This document shows, piece by piece, positions 55,360 through 64,000 of a DNA stretch of 64,000 nucleotides; positions within the stretch are counted from its first letter, which is position 1, and every line of letters starts with the position of its first letter. Source of the stretch: Eledone cirrhosa (Eukaryota). The position numbers were made by a program, and so were the translations under genes. The notes beneath the pieces were generated by a model. It made no database searches, had not been told where the DNA came from, and saw only the letters and a program-made list of their open reading frames with translations. Where the stretch lies: contig OZ024755.1 of the NCBI GenBank assembly GCA_964016885.1, positions 16,864,001 through 16,928,000 of the forward strand. The letters run 5' to 3'.

Positions 55360-56485
55360 GAGAGAATGTATGTCAGAGAGAGAATGTATGTCAGAGAGAG
55401 GGGGCAGACAATAAGAGAGAGAAAGAATGTATGTCAGAGAGAGGGGGCAGACAATAAGAGAGAGAAAGAATGTATGTCAGAGAGAGGGGGCAGACAATAA
55501 GAGAGAGAAAGAATGTATGTCAGAGAGAGGGGGCAGACAATAAGAGAGAGAAAGAATGTATGTCAGAGAGAGGGGGCAGACAATAAGAGAGAGAAAGAAT
55601 GTATGTCAGAGAGAGGGGGGCAGACAATAAGAGAGAAATAATTGTTTCTACTTTAGGCACAAGGCCAGCAATTACCCAGTGCATTACTGGTACTTTATTT
55701 TATCGACCCCGTAAGGATGAAAGGCAAAGTCAACCTCGGCGGGATTTGAACTCAGATGGTAAAGGGACGTAACTATGCTGGAAAGCATGGCGTCCGACCC
55801 TCTACCGATACTGCCAATCCATAAGAGAGAGAAAGAATGTATGTCAGAGAGAGGGGGCAGACAATAAGAGAGAGAAAGAATGTATGTCAGAGAGAGGGGC
55901 CAGACAATAAGAAAGAGAAAAAATGTATGTCAGAGAGAGGGGGCAGACAATAAGAGAGAGAAAGAATGTATGTCAGAGAGAGGGGGCAGACAATAAGAGA
56001 GAGAAAGAATGTATGTCAGAGAGAGGGGGCAGACAATAAGAGAGAGAAAGAATGTGTCAGAGAGAGGGGACAGACAATAAGAGAGAGAAATAATGTGTCA
56101 AAGAGAGGGGCCAGACAATAAGAGAGAGACAGAATGTGTCAAAGAGAGGGGGGAGACAATAAGAGAGAGACATAATGTGTCAAAGAGAGGGGGGCAGACA
56201 ATAAGAGAGAGAAATAATGTGTCAAAGAGAGGGGCCAGACAATAAGAGAGAGAAAGAATGTGTCATAGAGAGGGGGGCAGACAATAAGAGAGAGAAATAA
56301 TGTGTCAAAGAGAGGGGCCAGACAATAAGAGAGAGAAATAATGTGTCAAAGAGAGGGGGGCAGACAATAAGAGAGAGAAAGAATGTGTCATAGAGAGGGG
56401 GGCCAGACAATAAGAGAGAGAAATAATGTGTCAAAGAGAGGGGGGCAGACAATAAGAGAGAGAAAGAATATATATCAGAGAGAGG
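55360..56485. repeat. About 43-bp purine-rich minisatellite
   Basis: Unit cagagagagggggcagacaataagagagagaaagaatgtatgt; interrupted by a SINE. Confidence 0.93.
55637..55820 (-). mobile_element. S1 SINE inserted in a 43-bp minisatellite
   Basis: TSD ataagagaga at 55627-55636 and 55821-55830. Confidence 0.9.
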
Positions 56486-57440
56486 GGCACAGAGGAGCGG
56501 GGCAGAGAGAGGGAGACAGAGAGAGAGAGACAGATAGCCAGAGAGAGGGAAAGAGAGAAATGGACAAAGAAAGAGAGAGTGGCAGGGGTTATATTTATAC
56601 ATATTCAACTTGTGTATTCCATCTTACCATTTCCTAGTTGATTACATTGGCAGACACAATTATTTCAAGTTTGCACATTATCTACGTTGGAGTTATATGG
56701 TGTGTGTGAGAAGAAACAAGTTTTATAATGTATGTGTGTATATGTTTGTAAGTATGTGTGTAAGTATGTATGTATATATGTGTGTATATATCTTTTTGGT
56801 AAATATCATCTTGGTTAAGAGAGTGGGACTGGCTTTGTGCAGTGCCTTTGCTCGCTATAAAAGCTTCACGGCACAGGCATTGCTTTATATCTGGAGATCT
56901 CTCTGCAGTTGTCGTCACATGGTACCATGGGCCCAGCACTATGTGTCAATAATTGTCACAGGTGTAGTGTTTGTACCAGAGTTTTCAAGTCGTTGGCTGG
57001 ACTAAAAAGTCACACTCGTTCAGCCCATCGGTAGGGGTTCTCCTACATGGATATAAAGTAGTGGCTGTACTCGAAAACGAGTTGGCAGCCACCATGTATG
57101 TGTGTAGATATGCACATGTTTAGGTGTGAGAAAGAAAGAGCATGTGTACATATATATATATTTTATTAAGGATCGATCGACTTTCGTCAAATTGGACCGA
57201 GGAAACAATGTTTCCATTGGTCTTTCCAGTTGCTAGTACTATCTATCGGTCGCAACTCCAGGTAGAAGGAGCAACGTGAAATAAAGTGTCTTGCTCAAGG
57301 ACATAACGCATCGCCCGGTCCAGGAATCGAACTCACAACCTCAAGATTGTGAATCCAATTCTCTACCCATTCAGCCACACGCCTTCATATATATATATAT
57401 AGGTACAAATATCTATATGCATATATATATATGTATATAT

Positions 57441-57625
57441 AAGAAAAGAGTCAGGACCCTGACAGCTGAGCTTCGACCATTTCGAGAGCTAGAACTGAAC
57501 AGTTCAGATCTAGCTGTCGAAGCAGCTGAAGCTCAGCCGTTGAGGTCCTGACTCTTTTCCTATTACCCACTCTACTACCCTAAGTATCGAGTACTCTGGT
57601 TCCTTACCACACTTCCTTCATTATA
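57441..57625 (+). mobile_element. Family A fold-back element, CpG-decayed
   Basis: Same layout as 33165-33232, with many CG changed to TG/CA. Confidence 0.6.
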
Positions 57626-57632
57626 TATATAT

Positions 57633-57750
57633 CAAATCCCGCCGAGGTTGACTTTGCCTTTCATCCTTACGGGGTCGATAGAATAAACTACCAGTAATGC
57701 ACTGGGTAATTGCTGGCCTTGTGCCTAAAGTAGAAACAATTATATGTATT

Positions 57751-57782
<32 letters not shown>

Positions 57783-58168
57783 TCAAATAATTGTTTCTAC
57801 TTTTGGCACAAGTCCTGCAATTATTCCAGTGTATTACTGGTACTTTATTTTATCGACCCCGTAAGGATGAAAGGCAAAGTCAACCTCGGCGGGATTTGAA
57901 CTCAGATCATAAAGGGACGTAACTCTTTGCTGCAAAGCATGGCCTCCGACCCTCTACCGATACTGCCAATCCATCGCATATATTAAATAATTGTTTCTAC
58001 TTTAGGCACAAGGCCAGCAATTACCCAGTGCATTACTGGTACTTACCCCGTAAGGATGAAAGGCAAAGTCAACCTCGGCGGGATTTGAACTCAGATCGTA
58101 AAGGGACGTAACTATGCTGGAAAGCATGGCGTCCGACCCTCTACCGATACTGCCAATCCACCGCCCCT
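57633..58168. mobile_element. S1 SINE cluster: one + partial copy, two - copies
   Basis: 57633-57741 (+), 57786-57972 (-), 57986-58168 (-). Confidence 0.85.
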
Positions 58169-58184
58169 ATATATATATATATAT

Positions 58185-58420
58185 AAATTTGGCTTACAAC
58201 TATAAAGACTCAAACCAGCCACATTCTATTTTCAACTTTATAATAAAGGGTGTATCTCTATGAATTTCTCGACTCTCTGCAAACGAAGCTATCTTCAATG
58301 AGCATGCAGTCTATTATAAGGAAGTACTTGATAAGGCTGGATTCAATAGCAAAATTAAATCTACTTTATCCCAGACGTATGCAAGCCACTCAAATATACG
58401 ACATCACTTTAAAAACTATT
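58185..58420 (+). pseudogene. Penelope-like retroelement ORF remnant (post-RT linker region)
   Basis: Reads ...DSNQPHSI...IKGVSL*ISRLSANEAIFNEHAVYYKEVLDKAGFNSKI, resembling the SNHP...RISxLSxNExIF...YxxAL..SGY motif of Penelope-like ORFs; contains stops and frameshifts. Confidence 0.65.
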
Positions 58421-58862
58421 TAAACCGGAGATTACTACTAATTCGTCATACCAATACTAAATCGGACACACCCACAATCAAATGGAATCGGAACCCAATA
58501 AAGTTTGTGGTTAAGGAACCACTGAATATCCATATTCATCAAAAAAACCAATGCTACTGCCTAATTCAACATCAACATCTTTGTCACTGGGATTTTTCCT
58601 TAACCTTTGGCCATTATATATATATACATATATACATATATGTGTGTGTGTGTGTGTCTGTAGATGTTTATATGTATGTGGTAAGAAATTCTCAGGAGAG
58701 CTGGACAGCAAAATGTCTTCAGTGAAGAAACCTTCACGCAAACAAGTGTTTCAGTCCTAAAATTCTAGCTACCATATACCAGCTATTATTCGAGTTGTTT
58801 CAGGCAATCACAAAGCACTCAATGGAACAAGAAGTTAATACCTTATTGTTCAGAGTACACAC

Positions 58863-58896
<34 letters not shown>

Positions 58897-60994
58897 TCGC
58901 AGGCTCTCTTGAATGAAATAGTTCTAGTCATGTGGAAGCCATTTCTACATTAGATTTTATGTTTAAAATCTACTAATGTATCGAATTCATTACTTTTTGT
59001 AGTTACCCTCGATTGAACCCGAGACTCACACACACACACGCACTCACACACATATATATAAATATATATTTTGTCCGTGCAAGCTCGACCAGATGATGAT
59101 GATATATATATTGTAAAGAGTTGGTACTCGATATGGCTGAACTCACACCTTTGCTGTCAAAATGGCATGAACTCAGCCACCAGGCACTAACTCTTTACAA
59201 TACCCTACACTTGAATTTGCTAAGTATTGAGTAGTACTTGACTGAATATGGTCTTACTAGTCTAAACTTGTAACATCCATTCTCTCTCTGTATTCATAAA
59301 TATGGATTTGTATCTATGTATATCTATATGCATGTACAGAGTAAGGATAAAGTCTTTGAAACCACAAAACACACTGAGCTTTATGTTTCATAGACTCCAT
59401 TTTGTTACTGAAAATCACAACTACTTCCTGTAGAAGAGAAAATATAAAACATGCCCAGAAAAACTTTAAATTGAAATTTATAAATTAAAATAATGAAAAA
59501 TTAAAATGGTAAAAAAGGGAAAGACTTTATAGTCACCTTGTATTTATTGTTATAGATGTGTATGTGTGTATGTATGTGTGTATAGATATGTATATGTGTA
59601 TATAGATATGTATGTGTGTATGTGTATAAATATGTATGTGTGTATGTGTATGTGTGTATGTGTAATCATAAAAGATAGAGGAAAGTAGAGGGCAAAGGAT
59701 TATGTAAGGAGAACAATATTTCCTCTAAAATCTTCATTTTTGATTAACCGTTTCCTTATATGGAGACAAGGTGGAAACTGATTTCCTGCTACTACTACTA
59801 CTACTATACGCCCCCCCCCCCACACACACTTTATAATGGTCAAAGAATATCTTTTTATCTACTTGGCTCAGTATATAAGTGTTTCCTTGGCCGCTAGTTA
59901 AGGAAATTTAAGGCACATTGTTTAGATTCATAAAATATACAATGTATTTTAATTTTTGTAATAAAAATTTACTTAGTAAAAATAAAACTTTTAAAAATAT
60001 TTATTGTCATAATTGGAGAGGAAAGAAAATGAGTTGATCATTGAATTAGAACAAGGAAACAGGGTTTTTTGAAGTGGAGCCATTGAACTGTCAGGTGGAC
60101 CACGGGTAGGACATAAGATCCTGCGTTCTACAGAGTGTATTTTATTAACCGTTTAGCATTTAAACCAGCTGTATTCGGCCAGAAACCTCTCGCCTCTTTC
60201 AGTTCAAACTAGCCATAAATGGCTGCTCATACTGATTTTAAGGTATTGTTCTCAAAATAAATGACATCAGAATCTCATATATTCAATATCATGTGAGATA
60301 TTATGTAAGGTAAAGCATGAGATATTATGTAAGGTAAACCTCGAAAATACAATAGTATATATAGAGTAACGTAAATTCTAAAGGGTTAAGGCACCAACAC
60401 TAGAGAAGTTGTCATGTCCTTGACACAACTGAAGAATCTTCTTGACCTTTTGTCTGGCAGGTTGGATGTCTGTATGTATGGATTTGTAACTCCTGAAGGA
60501 GTCGTTGGGGCACTGCATTGACATACAGAGTATTTAGGACATTTTAACCCTTTAGCATTTACATTACTCTTCGATTTTCACAGTAAAGGCTCTACTTTAC
60601 ATAATATCGAATCTATGAGATTTTAATATAATTTATTTTGAGAACAATACCTTAAAGTCGGTATGAGGGGCAAGTTATGACCAATTTGAACGGTAAAAGG
60701 TGGGAGAATTCTGACCGGATACAGCCGGTTTAAATGCTAATGGGTTAAATAACTTGGCAAAGCCCATCTCCTCTCCAGGTTTCATTATTGCAGATTTCTT
60801 CCAGAGAAGTATAGAGAGTGAGAGAATGGAAGAGAGAAAGATATATAGAGGAATAATCGATCACAGTACTCGACTGATACTTTTTTATCAACCTTGAATG
60901 GATGGAAAGCAAAGTTAACCTCAGCAGGATTTGAACTTAGAGAGTAGAGAGCTGAAACGAATACCACAAAGCATTTTATCTGATGTTCTAATCA

Positions 60995-61388
60995 TTCATC
61001 ATCATCATTTCATTTTACGTCCGCTTTTCCCTGCTTGCAAGGGTGGGACGGGAACTGATTTTGGCTTGATTTCTACAGCTGGATGCCCTTCCTAACACCA
61101 ACCTCATTTACAGTGAGTGCTGGGGGCTTTTTTTTCCATGGCGCCTACACGTCCACTTTACAGTGTGGGTTGGGTGTTTTTTTTGCCATGGCACCTCCAC
61201 GACCACTTTGCAGTGGAATGATATGGACCCCAGTCCCTATCATCTCATTTCTACAGCTGAGTAAACTGGTGCAATGTGAAATAAAGTGTCTTGCTCAAGG
61301 AAACAACACATCACCCGGTCTGAAAATTGAACTCACAACCTTTCGATTGCAAGGCCAATGCTCTAACCACTAAGCCATGTGCCTCCAT
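60995..61388 (-). mobile_element. Same SINE family, inserted into an older SINE (60770-60990 and 61390-61410)
   Basis: Reverse complement of 48355-48700 with a small internal duplication. Confidence 0.8.
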
Positions 61389-61907
61389 AATGACTCTGCC
61401 AATTCACCCTTCAGCCACAGATTATTACTTTAAATAATTCTCATCCAATCCATGCCCAGCATGGAAAGGCAAATGTAAAGACAAAGCTGTTGCTGTTGCT
61501 GATGATGTTCTGTGTGTTGTGTACATTTTCTCAAACTATAAAAACATTTTATAATTGTCGCTAAATCATTATATAATAGTTTTCACAATTAGTCTGTTTT
61601 AGTACAACATACTGTGATGATGATGATGATGATGATACTGTGTATGTTCTATTCTAAATTTATTGTATTAATTGTTATATAATCACATTATAATTTTTTT
61701 AATTACGTTCCTGGTTCACATATTTACATTATTATAAAACAGTAACAATATCATTATATATGAAGAATTACAGTCAGTGACACTTAGTATAAATTGTATG
61801 AATTATGAGCTAATCAGCTGGCCTTTATATGGTTATCCTAGCTGCTAGAAATAGCAGATGATAGTTTAAGAATCTACCCTCAAATTGAACATCTAAAATT
61901 GTGTATA

Positions 61908-61951
<44 letters not shown>

Positions 61952-62140
61952 TGTGTTATTTTTTATGCTCTTTCCTACGTTCTACACACTATACATCTCA
62001 ATCTACATTCACTTACATCTCTCTCTCCACCACCGGATCTTGTTACCCGGAGAATTACCCATCTGCATTGTTGAGGCTTCCAAAACGACCTAAAGAATAT
62101 ATATCTTATTATTCCACAATGCTTCAAGCAAACTTCAATA

Positions 62141-62528
62141 CTATCATCATCATCATCATCATCATCATTTTACGTCCGCTTTTCCCTGCTTGCAAGGGTG
62201 GGACGGGTCTTATTCAGCACAGCATCTCTCCACTCGTCACGGTCCCTCGTCATCTCCACCGTGAGCTTCAATGATCTGAGGTCTGTTCTCACCACCTCCG
62301 CCCATGTTTTTTGTGGTCTACCTCTACCACATCTTCCTTCAACTGGCATTTCCTGGCACTTCTTCACCCATCAGTCATCCTCCATGCGCATCACATGTCC
62401 ATACCACCTCAGTCTCCTCTCCCGTACACTACATTCTATCCCTCTCAGACACAGTTTCTCTCTCAACACATTTATGCTGGGTCGTTCATGCACATTTACA
62501 CTGCACATCCAACGGAGCATGCTTGCCT
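62141..62528 (-). mobile_element. 5'-truncated RTE LINE 3' end with (ATG)n tail
   Basis: RRLRWYGHVMRMEDD...KKCQEMPVEGRCGRGRPQKTWAEVVRTDL...RDRDEWR; ends gcggacgtaaaatgatgatg. Confidence 0.85.
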
Positions 62529-62798
62529 CATATATATGTTTATTTGTTTAATCAATTTAAGAATTCGAAGAAGCATCAAAATAGTGACCATTCTTCAGGT
62601 GCTAATACGAGTTTATAAACTCATATTAACGCCTGAAGAAAGCTCATTCTTGTTTTCTGGAGATATGGTCTATTTGGGCCTTAAAACTTTGAGCAGCCCC
62701 TTTGTTCTGCTTATGAACCCGAATAAATAATATTTCTGCCCTCTTCCCAATTGAGCACTGTTTTCCTTTTTCCTTTTCACAATTACAGATATTGCTCG

Positions 62799-62849
62799 GG
62801 CTTCCTGATAATTTCTCCCGAATGAAACAGTTCTAGTCCTGTAGAAGTC
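62799..62849 (+). ncRNA. Hammerhead motif, same family as 32988, G8 mutated (CTGATAA)
   Basis: Stem I GGCTTC/GAAGTC; T-TTC-tccc-GAA-T; GAAACAGttctagtcCTGTA. Confidence 0.55.
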
Positions 62850-62940
62850 ATTTCTATATTAAATATTTATACTCTATGTATTTAGTACCTTACTTACTGT
62901 GGTTACCCCCAATTGAACCCGGGATAAACATATATATATA

Positions 62941-63257
62941 TGGAGGCACATTGTTTAGTGGTTAGAGCATTGGCCTTGCAATCGAAAGGTTGGGGGTTCA
63001 ATTCTCAGACCGGATGATGTGTTGTTTCCTTGAGCAAGACACTTTATTTCACATTGCTCCAGTTTACTCAGCTGTAGGGTCCCTATCATTCCACTGCAAA
63101 GTGGTCGTGGAGGTGCCACGGCAAAAAAGCACTCAGCACTCACTATAAATGAGGTTGGTGTTAGGAAGGGCATCCAGCTGTAGAAATCAAGCCAGAATCA
63201 GTTCCCGTCCCACCCTTGCAAGCAGGGAAAAGCGGACGTAAAATGAAATGATGATGA
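62941..63257 (+). mobile_element. Same RTE-tailed SINE family
   Basis: Near-identical to 48355-48700 with a short internal deletion. Confidence 0.8.
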
Positions 63258-64000
63258 TATATATTTTTAGATTTATATATAGATTTATTATGCTTAAAAA
63301 GTGAGTCTTGTTACTTCAGAGTTTCCCCTGCATACTCACAGAGTGGGTAGACAACCTGGCAACTCTGAGTACACAGGTGAAACTCTAGAGTAACTAAAAT
63401 CATGATTTAACCATAATAAATGAATGTTTAAACTCTACTTCGGTATCAAATTCTCTTTTCTCATCTCGGTCGTCAACTACATACATACATATATATATAT
63501 ATCTTGACGTTACATACATATATATACATACATATATACATACATACATATATATATACATCTTGACGTTATAGTCGCATATATGTTATAGAATGCCGTT
63601 AGCTTCTTGCTAAAACAATCTCTATACCTCTCATTTATATTTATACTCGGATTCTTTTCCTAGAGTGCTTAAACTATCTGTGACTAATCCCGGTTTTTTT
63701 CATAAAAACTGTGATAATTATTGCTATTTTGCTGAACTCCTTTGTAGAGTTTTTTTTCAGAATGTATTTGACTGCTATTTCTTGTAAATAAACATTCACT
63801 TCCATCCTGACGTCACTAGCCCCGTTTTTTCCTCATGTGCTTTTTCATAAATACACATGAAGGCGAACTAGCCAGTTTTAGAATTCCCTTTTTCGGATTA
63901 TACTACTGTGAGAGCCCTGGTTTCTGTTGAGCTCTGCTGATGAATGAAATCCAACCGTGACCATCTCCACTGAAAGTTTTCATGAAATAGTCTTTTAAGA

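Noticed and set aside
63937-63965. CTGATGA-AT-GAAA hammerhead-like string
   Set aside because: No room for a stem II loop and no stems I/III; it resembles a different dispersed repeat.

Overview
AT-rich animal genomic DNA, almost certainly from an octopod cephalopod: very dense (TA)n/(CA)n/(GA)n microsatellites, octopus-type tRNA-derived SINEs, RTE LINE and Penelope-like remnants. It is not prokaryotic, and nearly every ORF in the track is a microsatellite or minisatellite artefact. One convincing protein-coding exon is present (52739-52938, +). It is the first coding exon of an unidentified gene with a Ser/Thr-rich N-terminus, inside a CpG-depleted right-hand part (from about 36 kb) that looks like a methylated gene body. 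The most interesting signal is a set of type I hammerhead ribozyme motifs from several unrelated sequence families. They sit in short, often fold-back elements embedded in (TA)n tracts, probably Penelope-like pseudo-LTR termini. One is canonical and intact (6644-6727), and several share a non-canonical U.U opposition at the base of stem II. Also present are a SINE/RTE-LINE pair with an identical 3' tail, young SINE insertions with target-site duplications, nested transposons, and minisatellites with higher-order periodicity. All structures were read by eye; no folding or database search was run.
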